Shown here in pieces: positions 19,247 to 29,200 of a stretch of 64,000 bases of DNA. The position numbers were made by a program, and so were the translations under genes. The stretch lies in assembly GCA_945946655.1 (NCBI GenBank), contig CAMEWM010000001.1, positions 180,651 through 244,650 of the forward strand, read 5' to 3'. Position 1 is the first letter of the stretch. Every line of letters begins with the position of its first letter. The notes under the pieces were generated by a model. The model was given only the letters and a program-made list of their open reading frames with translations, was not told where the DNA came from and made no database searches. The stretch comes from an uncultured Clostridium sp. (GTDB lineage Bacteria > Bacillota > Clostridia > TANB77 > CAG-508).

Positions 19247-20203
19247 ATGGCATATAATTTAAAAGAAGTAGTGGCTAATAAGCCTTCGAGATTTACAGCT
19301 GGTCACAGAATGTGCGCTGGTTGTGGTGCTCCACCAGTAGCAAGAATGGTCATGAGATCATTGCATGAAGGTGATCATGCTGTTGTAGCTAATGCAACTG
19401 GTTGTATGGAAGTTTCAACTTGTATATATCCATATTCAGCTTGGACAGATTCTTACATACATACAGCATTTGAATGTGCAGGAGCAACCTGTTCTGGAGT
19501 AGAGGCTGCATATAAATCACTATTAAGACAAGGTAAATTAATTGAAAAAGATGGAGAGAAAACAAAATTTATCGCATTCGGTGGCGATGGAGGAACTTAT
19601 GATATCGGCATTCAATCACTTTCTGGAGCAATGGAAAGAGGTCATGATATGACTTATGTATGTTATGATAATGGTGCATACATGAATACAGGTATTCAAC
19701 GTTCATCTGCAACACCAAGATTCGCAGATACAACAACATCTCCAGCAGGTAGTGTTATTCCTGGAAAAATGCAATCAAGAAAAGATTTGACACAAATAAT
19801 GGTATCTCATCACTTACCATATGTTGCTCAAACCATTGCAATGAACAACTTTAAAGATTTATATGAGAAAGCTGAGAAAGCGATATATACAGAAGGTCCA
19901 ACATTTCTAAATGTGCTTGCTCCTTGCCCACGTGGTTGGGGCTATCCAACAGAAGATCTTATGAAAATAAATAAATTAGCAGCAGATACATGCTATTGGC
20001 CTTTATTTGAAGTAGTTGATGGTGTATATCATATTACTTACAAACCTGCTAAAAAATTACCAATAGAAGAATTCTTACGTCCTCAAAAACGTTTCAAACA
20101 TATCTTTAAACCAGGAAATGAATGGATGATTGAAGAATTCCAAAAAGAAGTCGACAAACGTTGGCAAGAACTTCTAGATCTAGAAGAAATGACTAATAAA
20201 TAA
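19247..20203 (+). CDS. porB: Pyruvate/2-oxoacid:ferredoxin oxidoreductase beta subunit
   Basis: GHRMCAGCG, ATGC, TPP motif GGDGGTYDIG...DNGAYMNTGIQRS. Confidence 0.93.
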   Translation: MAYNLKEVVANKPSRFTAGHRMCAGCGAPPVARMVMRSLHEGDHAVVANATGCMEVSTCIYPYSAWTDSYIHTAFECAGATCSGVEAAYKSLLRQGKLIEKDGEKTKFIAFGGDGGTYDIGIQSLSGAMERGHDMTYVCYDNGAYMNTGIQRSSATPRFADTTTSPAGSVIPGKMQSRKDLTQIMVSHHLPYVAQTIAMNNFKDLYEKAEKAIYTEGPTFLNVLAPCPRGWGYPTEDLMKINKLAADTCYWPLFEVVDGVYHITYKPAKKLPIEEFLRPQKRFKHIFKPGNEWMIEEFQKEVDKRWQELLDLEEMTNK

Positions 20204-20222
20204 AGCAAAGGTGGTGAATTAG

Positions 20223-20393
20223 ATGGCTTATAAAATTACTGATAAATGTATAGCTTGTGGAGCTTGTGCAGCTAACTGCCCTGTTTCTTGTATAGCTGAT
20301 AAAGGAAGCAAATATGAAATAGATCCTGAACAATGCATTAGCTGTGGCACATGCGCTAGCGTATGTCCAGTTGAAGCCCCTGTTGAGGAATAA
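20223..20393 (+). CDS. fdx: 2[4Fe-4S] clostridial-type ferredoxin (56 aa)
   Basis: Below the ORF-track cutoff: MAYKITDKCIACGACAANCPVSCIADKGSKYEIDPEQCISCGTCASVCPVEAPVEE, RBS GGTGGTGA. Confidence 0.95.
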   Translation: MAYKITDKCIACGACAANCPVSCIADKGSKYEIDPEQCISCGTCASVCPVEAPVEE

Positions 20394-20404
20394 TAGAAAA
20401 ATTT

Positions 20405-20437
20405 AAAACGTAGAGAATTTTATTTTCTCTACGTTTT
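20405..20437. terminator. Bidirectional intrinsic terminator
   Basis: AAAACGTAGAGAA...TTCTCTACGTTTT between convergent genes. Confidence 0.8.
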
Positions 20438-20462
20438 ATTAATTATATATACACTTCAGTTA

Positions 20463-21395
20463 TTAATATTCATCTTCCTGATTATTTTCATTTTTCTTAT
20501 CTTCCTTTGATAGTTCTTCTAGTTTTCTTAACTCTTCTATATTCTCAATTTCTTCATTGTCAATATCTGTCTCATCTGTTGAAGAATTCTTAATAACTTT
20601 TACATCTGAAGCCTTATAATTTTTATATGTTGTTATATCGTCGTTCTTGAATTGAACTCTTAGTACTTCCTTTAAAACTTCTACTGAGGTAACTACTCCT
20701 TCTCCTTCTTCTGTTTTCACTATAGAGCCAACTTTGGGTAATCGTTTAATTTTATCTTCATAAACTTCTTGTTCATATTTTAAACAACACATTAATCTTC
20801 CACAGTTTCCAGATATTTTAGAAGGATTTAATGATGTACTTTGTTCTTTGGCCATTTTTATCGATACTATATCAAAATTATTTAAGAATGAACAACAGCA
20901 AAGCTCTCTGCCACAAACTCCATTACCTCCTATTTTTCTTACTTCATCTCTAACACCAATCTGCCTTAATTCTATTCTTGTTTTGTAAATTGCAGCTAAG
21001 TCTTTTACAAGTTCTCTGAAATCCACCCTACCATCTGCTGTGAAATAAAAAATTATTTTGCTATTATCAAATTTATATTCCACATCTACTAAGTTCATTT
21101 CTAGCTTGTGTTTTTTTATTTTCTCTTTACATGTTTGCAAAGCTTTTTTCTCTTTAGCTTTGTTTTCTTCCAATTTCTTCAGATCCTTATTTGTTGCAAG
21201 TCTTACAACTTTTTTTAACTCTGTAGTAAATTTATCATCTGGAATTTCTCTCTTATTTATGACTACTTCTCCTATATCTTCTCCCATAGATGTCTCTACA
21301 ACCACTTTATCTTTTAAATTTAATTGTATATAGCCTGGATCAAAAAAATACACTTTTCCTGGCTTTCTAAATCTAACTCCTACTATAGTTTTCAT
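20463..21395 (-). CDS. ricT: PSP1-domain protein RicT/YaaT
   Basis: GKVYFFDP, FYFTADGRVDFRELVKDLA, CGRELCC, SGNCGRLMCCLKYE; follows holB. Confidence 0.9.
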   Translation of the reverse strand: MKTIVGVRFRKPGKVYFFDPGYIQLNLKDKVVVETSMGEDIGEVVINKREIPDDKFTTELKKVVRLATNKDLKKLEENKAKEKKALQTCKEKIKKHKLEMNLVDVEYKFDNSKIIFYFTADGRVDFRELVKDLAAIYKTRIELRQIGVRDEVRKIGGNGVCGRELCCCSFLNNFDIVSIKMAKEQSTSLNPSKISGNCGRLMCCLKYEQEVYEDKIKRLPKVGSIVKTEEGEGVVTSVEVLKEVLRVQFKNDDITTYKNYKASDVKVIKNSSTDETDIDNEEIENIEELRKLEELSKEDKKNENNQEDEY

Positions 21396-22305
21396 TGATC
21401 TCCTCCCATATTTTTAGTAATAAGTCATCTATACACATATCATAATTAGTGTTTGACATTAATTTTAATTTTGTATTTTCTATTATTGATATTAAATCTA
21501 AAAATTTTCCTCTATAGTCTTTATTTTTATTAATATATTCATAGATTATCACTATCATATAATCTAATAAATCTAAGACAATATCTTTTGATTTATATAA
21601 TATTTCAAAATTATTAAGCATTTTTACAACATTCAAAATTCTACCATTAATTAGATCATTGGTATTTTTCTCTATTTCGTTATATTCTAAAAGATTTTGA
21701 TTAATTTTTATTAGCTTTCCAATACTACCATTGCACATAGATAATAAACTATCACTTGGCTCTGACATAATTTGTTCTCTAGATATATAATCAATTATTT
21801 CTTTCGTTGTTATATTATTAAAATTAATTTTTAAACATCTAGATCTGATTGTATTTAATAATTTATTTTCATTTGAAGTAATTAATATAATTGTAATATA
21901 TTCTGGTGGTTCTTCCAATGTTTTTAACAAACTATTTTGTGCTTCCTCTGTCATTTTATCACTATCATCTATAATGAATAGCTTCTTATTTGATACAATC
22001 GGCTTTTTATATACATTATCTTGCATATCTCTAATCTGAGATATTTTTATAGAATTTCCATCTGGCTTAATTATTACAAAATCAGGATTATTGTCAGAAT
22101 TAAATTTTATACATGAACTGCATTTATCACACGCGTTATTATCATCTAAACATAATTCCATTTTTGCAAACTCTTTTGCAAATAACTTTTTACCAATTCC
22201 ATCTTGTCCTATAAATAAATAGCTATGAGATACGGTATTATTTCTTATATTTTCTTCTAATTCCTGTTTTATTTTATCATTTCCTATAATGTTTTCAAAA
22301 CTCAA
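21373..22305 (-). CDS. holB: DNA polymerase III delta' subunit
   Basis: HSYLFIGQDGIGK, Zn cluster CDKCSSC, AQNSLLKTLEEPP, TIRSRC. Confidence 0.92.
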   Translation of the reverse strand: MSFENIIGNDKIKQELEENIRNNTVSHSYLFIGQDGIGKKLFAKEFAKMELCLDDNNACDKCSSCIKFNSDNNPDFVIIKPDGNSIKISQIRDMQDNVYKKPIVSNKKLFIIDDSDKMTEEAQNSLLKTLEEPPEYITIILITSNENKLLNTIRSRCLKINFNNITTKEIIDYISREQIMSEPSDSLLSMCNGSIGKLIKINQNLLEYNEIEKNTNDLINGRILNVVKMLNNFEILYKSKDIVLDLLDYMIVIIYEYINKNKDYRGKFLDLISIIENTKLKLMSNTNYDMCIDDLLLKIWEEINENYSRS

Positions 22306-22318
22306 ATCTAATCTACTC

Positions 22319-22969
22319 CTATTCAGCTTTTCCTACAGTTCCAAATTTATTAAGTGGCCAAAATCTTATAGCTACTTTTCCTTCTATTTTCTCCATTGGT
22401 ATACATCCGAATCTTCTACAATCAGCAGATTTAGTTCTATTATCTCCCATTGCAAATACATATCCTTCTGGAACGATTATATCTGTAAATACTCCTCCAT
22501 AACCATCTGTATATACATCATCACTTAAATATTCTGATTCATCCAGTTCTTCACCATTAATATATACTTTTCCATTTGCTATTTGAACATGTTCACCTGG
22601 TAATCCTATTACTCTTTTTATATAACTTGTTTTTCCCCATTCTAAAACATAGTATTTAAACTTAGAAAGAATATTAGTAGGTTCATTATCATACACAGCT
22701 ACAGGATTTTCTAAATCAGCTTCCTCAGGGCTAATATATGTATCACTAGGTTGTTCAAAAGTTATAATGTCACCTCTTTCTGGAATCTTCTTCATTGTTC
22801 TAGACCATCTGTTTAATATTAGTCTTTGATTTTGTTCTAATGTTGGACACATTGATTCCATCTGCACAACAGTGGGAGTTCCAATAAAATATCTTATTAG
22901 TAAAGCTAGTATTATGGCTATTACTATGCATTCTATCCATTCTAATATATTTTTAGTTTTTTCGTTCAT
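22319..22969 (-). CDS. lepB: Signal peptidase I
   Basis: SMCPTL, YIKRVIGLPGE, MGDNRTKSADCR. Confidence 0.92.
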   Translation of the reverse strand: MNEKTKNILEWIECIVIAIILALLIRYFIGTPTVVQMESMCPTLEQNQRLILNRWSRTMKKIPERGDIITFEQPSDTYISPEEADLENPVAVYDNEPTNILSKFKYYVLEWGKTSYIKRVIGLPGEHVQIANGKVYINGEELDESEYLSDDVYTDGYGGVFTDIIVPEGYVFAMGDNRTKSADCRRFGCIPMEKIEGKVAIRFWPLNKFGTVGKAE

Positions 22970-23001
22970 ATTTTTTCCTTTCTACAACTTGTTTTCTTTA
23001 G

Positions 23002-24462
23002 TTATGACTTTTTGGTAGCAGGAATTCTAATTACTACCTCTGTCCCCTTACCATATTCACTTTTTATGTCTATGCTTCCCTTATTTTGTTCTATTATTTC
23101 CTTAGCTATAGATAAGCCAAGCCCTGTTCCTCCCATTTCTCTGGAGCGCGCTTTATCAACTCTGTAAAATCTTTCAAATATTCTTGATAAGTCTTCCTTT
23201 GGAATTCCTATGCCATTATCTATTACTTTTATATATGCATCATTATATACAAAACCTACGTATATCTTAATATTTCCTTGCTCCTGGGTATATTTTATTG
23301 CATTTGATAGTACGTTTAATATTACTCTTTCTATTCCATTTTTATCAGCTTTGATTGGTGGGACATCCGCCGTGACGTAACATTCAACATTTTGTTTTTT
23401 CTTTTCTATTTCTATTTCTAGCTTTTCTTGGCACTTTTTGGTAAGTTCTCCTAAATCAAATTCAGTAACTTCTCTTGTCATTTTCTTTGTATCGTACCTA
23501 GATAGAGTTAATAAATCACTGACCAAATTTGCCATTCTTCTTCCTTCAGATGATATCACCGATAAAAATTTTTGCTGCGTCTCTTTATCATAATCTCCAT
23601 CTTGTAATGTATCTGCATATCCAATTATAGATGTTATTGGGGTTTTTAATTCATGCGATACATCTGCTACAAATTCTTTTCTCATATTATCTAATTTAAC
23701 ATGCTCAGTAATATCTTGAATAACTGCAATTATACCTGATGACAAATCATTTTCATCTTTATAAGAAGCAAAGCATACATTTACGGTCTTTTCTCCTATA
23801 CTTATTTTTTGTTCATCCCAGTTATCAAGGTACATTATAGCTTCCATATTTATATTTGTATTAAATTTTTTAAAAATTTCGTCAAAAGTTTTTTCTGTCT
23901 CTATATTTAGTAAAGCCTTCGCTGCAGGATTTATATGCATAACATTGCCTTTTTCATCAAAGGCTAGAACACCATCATTCATGTGTAATAAAATTGCTTC
24001 TATTTCTCTTTTTTGTCTGTTTACATCATTTAATTTCTGTTTCATTTCTCCCGTCATTAAACTTATAATATTAGTAATGGAATCAATCTCTGTTTTTTTC
24101 TTTTTTCTCTTTCTGGCTTTAGATGTATTTACTTCTACTAATTCTACGCTTTCACCACTTGCTATTTTTTGAGCATTATTTATCATTTTATTTATTGGCT
24201 TTACTACAACTTCTGAAATAAATATTCCTATTACAAATACAATGCAAGAAAATACTAATATTGTTCCTAATATTAGTATTTTTGTTTGATTAATTTGTGC
24301 ATTTATAACATGATGTAATTCTTGTGATGTAACATGTTCTGAAGAGCCTATAAATATATTAGATTGATTTATTATATATCCAAAGAAAGCTCCCATACCA
24401 AGTATTATAATTATTCCTATTAAAAAGAATATTAGTAATATTTCGTTCTGTAATTCTTTCAT
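23002..24462 (-). CDS. Sensor histidine kinase (WalK/PhoR-like; TM-HAMP-PAS-HisKA-HATPase)
   Basis: FVADVSHELKTP, NVLSNAIKY, DNGIGIP, FYRVDKARSREMGGTGLGL. Confidence 0.9.
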   Translation of the reverse strand: MKELQNEILLIFFLIGIIIILGMGAFFGYIINQSNIFIGSSEHVTSQELHHVINAQINQTKILILGTILVFSCIVFVIGIFISEVVVKPINKMINNAQKIASGESVELVEVNTSKARKRKKKKTEIDSITNIISLMTGEMKQKLNDVNRQKREIEAILLHMNDGVLAFDEKGNVMHINPAAKALLNIETEKTFDEIFKKFNTNINMEAIMYLDNWDEQKISIGEKTVNVCFASYKDENDLSSGIIAVIQDITEHVKLDNMRKEFVADVSHELKTPITSIIGYADTLQDGDYDKETQQKFLSVISSEGRRMANLVSDLLTLSRYDTKKMTREVTEFDLGELTKKCQEKLEIEIEKKKQNVECYVTADVPPIKADKNGIERVILNVLSNAIKYTQEQGNIKIYVGFVYNDAYIKVIDNGIGIPKEDLSRIFERFYRVDKARSREMGGTGLGLSIAKEIIEQNKGSIDIKSEYGKGTEVVIRIPATKKS

Positions 24463-24473
24463 TTTTTTTCCTT

Positions 24474-25223
24474 CTATTTAGATGCTAAATAATATCCTAT
24501 ACCTCTTTTATTAATAATTATTTTTGAATTCTTCGTACTGTCTCCAAGTTTTTCTCTGATTCTACAAACAGTAACATCTACTGTTCTTATGTCTCCGTAG
24601 TACTCATAATTCCATACTTTTTCTAACAATACTTCTCTTGTAACAGGTACTCCTGGTTGCATTGCTAAGTATTTCACTAATTCAAACTCTTTTGGAGTTA
24701 AAGACTTAACTTCACCTTTTACTTTTACTTCTACTTTTTCTAGATCTAGTTCTAAGTCTCCTACGACAATTTTATTATTCTTTTTACCTTCATCTTTTTC
24801 TTTTTGCTCTTTCTCATCTTCAACTTTTCTTAAATTCGCTTTTACTCTTGCCATCAATTCTCTTACACTAAATGGCTTTGTAATATAATCATCTGCACCT
24901 AATTCCAAGCCTACAATTTTGTCAATTTCTTCATCTTTAGCGGAAATCATCAAAATAGGTACATTATAAGATTGTTTAATTCTCTTGCATACTGTCAATC
25001 CGTCCATTTTAGGTAACATTACATCAAGCAATATTAGATCTGGTTTTTCTTCTAGTGCTACATTCAATCCCATCTCGCCATCAGTAGCTTCTAAAGTATT
25101 ATATCCTTCCTTTTTTAGGTTATATACTAGAATATCTATTATTGGTTTTTCATCATCGACAACTAATATTGTTTTTTTATTTGGATCTAATTCCTCTTTC
25201 ATAGAAGTACTCTCCTTTATCAA
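24474..25223 (-). CDS. OmpR-family response regulator (WalR-like)
   Basis: ILVVDDE, LLDVMLP, GADDYITKPFS, winged helix RTVDVTV..IREKL. Start may be an internal Met. Confidence 0.9.
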   Translation of the reverse strand: MIKESTSMKEELDPNKKTILVVDDEKPIIDILVYNLKKEGYNTLEATDGEMGLNVALEEKPDLILLDVMLPKMDGLTVCKRIKQSYNVPILMISAKDEEIDKIVGLELGADDYITKPFSVRELMARVKANLRKVEDEKEQKEKDEGKKNNKIVVGDLELDLEKVEVKVKGEVKSLTPKEFELVKYLAMQPGVPVTREVLLEKVWNYEYYGDIRTVDVTVCRIREKLGDSTKNSKIIINKRGIGYYLASK

Positions 25224-25228
25224 ATTAT

Positions 25229-26107
25229 TTATTTTTCAGCTTCCTCAACTTTAATACTCTTAGTTTGTTCTAATTTTACAGTCCTTAAATTTCCATCTTT
25301 ATCTAATGAAATTTTATAATTTTTCTCAAATTTTTTAGCTTCTTCAAAGGTTTGAATAATATCATCAACTGGTAAATCTTTTATTTGAGCATTTTCAGAA
25401 AATCCTCGTTCATCAAGTAATGCTCTCGCTTTAATTATATTCTCCGCTAAAGTTGAGTCCATTCCTTTGTTTGGATTAAATAAATAATCCTTTACTATAT
25501 ATGTTCCATCCGGCATTGATATATTAGGATTATGTTCGGGTCCATCAGTTGATGAGCAGTGAATAGGGTCTTGTATTTTTATTTTAGCTATTTCTGCTGG
25601 ATCAGTAATTCCATAGGCTTCAGCTACTTTTGCTTTTATTGTATCTGTATATAGATTTATAACTAATGTTTTAGATTCACATATTGTTCTGCATGCTTCC
25701 ATATATCTTTGCTCTTCACCATATGTTCTACCCTGCTTATATTTTAATTCTTTATAATCATTTATTGCTAATTTTAAATCTTCTATTTTAGTAATATTTT
25801 CTGCAGAAATAGCTAACTGCAACGCAACATTTGATTTTATACTTTGTAAGTAATCATCTGTTGATACCGCCATTTCTATTGCTTGCTTAGTACTATTTGT
25901 ATTGTTTACGTCTCTGGCTATATGAGTAATCAATGGCATTGACATAGCTGCCAATCCTATTCCAAAAGCTAAACCTAAAGAACACATGCGCCTTTGCCAC
26001 TTTTGTATTGCTTTTTCAAAATCTCTTTTACTCGCAGTGTAACTCTTTCCATTACTATCATTCGTTATGGTTATACTTACGTTATTTCTTATAGCTTTTC
26101 TTCCCAT
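25229..26107 (-). CDS. Hypothetical protein with a single TM segment
   Basis: 292-aa ORF with GAGGG RBS and hydrophobic LGLAFGIGLAAMSMPLI; no recognised motif. Confidence 0.6.
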   Translation of the reverse strand: MGRKAIRNNVSITITNDSNGKSYTASKRDFEKAIQKWQRRMCSLGLAFGIGLAAMSMPLITHIARDVNNTNSTKQAIEMAVSTDDYLQSIKSNVALQLAISAENITKIEDLKLAINDYKELKYKQGRTYGEEQRYMEACRTICESKTLVINLYTDTIKAKVAEAYGITDPAEIAKIKIQDPIHCSSTDGPEHNPNISMPDGTYIVKDYLFNPNKGMDSTLAENIIKARALLDERGFSENAQIKDLPVDDIIQTFEEAKKFEKNYKISLDKDGNLRTVKLEQTKSIKVEEAEK

Positions 26108-26253
26108 ATATATTCCCTCTCTTGTACATTCATTGCCATTATTATACCTCTACTATTAATACTTGTCAAAGCTTTTTTTCAATATTATTACTATATTGTT
26201 ACATTTAAATTTCACCATATATTTACCTAAATTATTTTCACTTTTATTTTCGA

Positions 26254-26289
26254 AAAAAGGAAAAGAGAAATAATCACTTTTCCTTTTTT
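26254..26289 (-). terminator. Intrinsic terminator
   Basis: AAAAAAGGAAAAG...CTTTTCCTTTTTT immediately after the stop of the large glucan synthase gene. Confidence 0.65.
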
Positions 26290-26294
26290 CTTTT

Positions 26295-29200
26295 TTAGAT
26301 AAACACTTCTATATTGTAAATTTTTCCATTACTATCAAGTTTAACTTTATCGTCAGATATTTCCTCTCCATTGCATTTCAATTTAACATTTCTATTTATA
26401 TTTTTTTCATTATTCTCTCCATTATTTATAACTTTAATATTATACATACTATTTCCATACTTATATTTTATTTCATAGCCTTTCCAATTAGATGGAATGT
26501 GTGGCTCTATTTTTAGATATCCTCGTTCTATATTCAAGCCAAGAATATATTTTATTCCTGCTATATACATCCAACTACTTGAGCCTGTATACCACGTCCA
26601 TCCTCCACGTCCAGCTAGATTTCCTTGACCATATACATCTGCTGCGATAACATATGGTTCTACTTTATACTTACTGCATTCATCTTTAGTCCTTGCATGT
26701 TCTATTGGATTTATCATTCTGAAGTTTTCATATGCTTTATCATTAAAATTTAATATAGCTTGTGCTATTATTGTCCAAGTTGCAGCATGTGTATATTGAC
26801 CACCATTCTCTCTTGTTCCCGGCAAATACGATTTTATATAACCAGGTTCTAATTTACTTTTTTCAAATGGTGGATCTAATAATTTTATTATTCCAACATC
26901 TCTATCTATTAAATGATTCTCTAAACTCTCCATTGCAATATATTTTTTATCATTATCTCCTGCACCTGATATAATTGACCAACTCTGAGATATACTATCG
27001 ATTTTGCACTCTTCGTTTTGTAGACTACCTAGAATATCTCCTTCATCAGTAAAAGCTCTTTTATACCATCTACTATCCCATGCATCGTTATTTAGATTTT
27101 TTTTCAAAGTCTCTGTAATTTGCTTATACTTTTCTGCATGCAAATTGTCATTTTTATATTCACAAATCGGAATAAACTTATCCAATACTGCATACATAAA
27201 GAATCCTAGCCATACACTTTCTCCTTTTCCTTGTATTCCAACATTATTAAATCCATCATTCCAGTCACCTGTACCTATTTTAGGAAGTCCATGCTCACCA
27301 AAGTTTAAAGATTTTTCTATAGCCTTTATACAGTGATTATATAAACTTTCTTCAAAATCTGAATCTCCATAGAAATCATATCTTTCATTTTGCTTATCTT
27401 CCAAAGGCGCACCTATTTTGTAGGTTGTCTCTTCCTCCAATATACTATAATCTTCAGTAAAATTCACATAATCTGCTGTTACAAACGGTAACCATAAAAG
27501 ATCATCCGATATTTTCGTTCGAATTCCTTTCTCTGTTTCTTCATGCCACCAGTGTTCCACATCGCCCTCTATAAATTGATGTCTACTACTCCTTAGTATT
27601 TGTTCCTTTGTCATTTCTGGTACCATATATTTTGTTAACATACTATCCTGCAATTGATCTCTAAAACCATATGCACCTCCTGATTGGTAAAATCCTGTCT
27701 TAGCATATAGTCTTGAAGTAATAGTTTGATAAACAAGCCATCCATTCAATAGAATATTTGTTGATTCCATAGGAGTATTAACTTGTAAAGTGTTAATTAT
27801 ATCTTCCCAATATTTTTTTACATTTACATACTCTTTTCTGCAGTTACTTATATTGGAATATTTATAAGCAATATCCTGGCACTCTTCTTTATTTGAAGCA
27901 TCACCTAAAGTTAGAATTACCTCTTTTGTTGAAAAAGCTTCGATAGTTATATTTATCGATATTGCAATTATACCATCTTCGCCAAAAGCATTCTCTCTAT
28001 TTAGTTGCAATTGATCGATTCCTGCTGGATTTTCTAAAGTTGAATCTTTAAGAAAAGAGGCTTTACTTCCTGTATAAGAATTTATTTTTTCACTACACCC
28101 TATAAATATTTGGTTGTTTTTTTGTTCATATCCTAAATTTTTCACAAGCATAATATTGGATGAATCATCAAATTCAAGCTGTAGGTACGAGTTAGTTTTT
28201 ATTTCATCTTCACCTAATACGGGTTTAATATAATAAATTAATCTTAAGTTCTTTTTTTGAGGATTTTTATTCTCTAATGTTATCATATTTATTTTTACAT
28301 TATCGTCTTTTGGTACAAACACATCTACTGTTTGCTTTATTTTTGATGAACAATGAATGTATTTTGCATATCCGAAACCATATATTACATAATAGTTATT
28401 ATCATCATGCATTGGATTAAATCCTAATGACCACTTTCTTCCTGTATCCATATCTTTTATATATATTATTTCTGATGGTGTATCACTAATTTGGTCATTT
28501 GACCAGGCAGTAAGTCTATCTAGTCTACTATTTTTATACCAAGTGTATCCTCCCATATTTTCTGTAGTAAGTGTTCCAAAATTTTTATTTGCAATTATAT
28601 GACTCCAAACCGTAGGTAATTTATTATTTGTATTTACTTTTATATAATACTCTCTTCCATCTTTTGAGAATCCTCCATATTCATTAAAATATTTCAGGTT
28701 ATTTATATCTATTAGTTCTTCTTTCTCCTCTATAACATCTAATATCATATTTTGTTTTGAATCACAAACAGTCTCTTTAATATTATCCATAGTCCTACTT
28801 TCAATATCTTCCATTTGCAGTGCCAAAGAGCTATAATTTGCATTAATTACTAAATTTGCTCTTGTCTCTAATAACTTTTTATCTTGTTTTTCAACATTTT
28901 CTAAGCAGAATATCCCTCCCGGAATATTTAATAAATAAGCAATATTTCTATTCAGTATAGCTAACTGTATTGCATCTTTCACATAATTTTCATACGATTC
29001 GCTCTCTTCATTTAATATTACTAAATCTACTTTTATATTTTTCACTCTAAAAAATTCATATGCACTTAATACTTCTTTTATAATATCTATATCATTTATA
29101 TCTTTTATCTTTACTAGTAATATAGGAAGGTCTCCTGATATTCCGTATTTCCAAAGTGCTGATACTGGAAAATTTTTATCTTTTATAGGACATTTCATTG

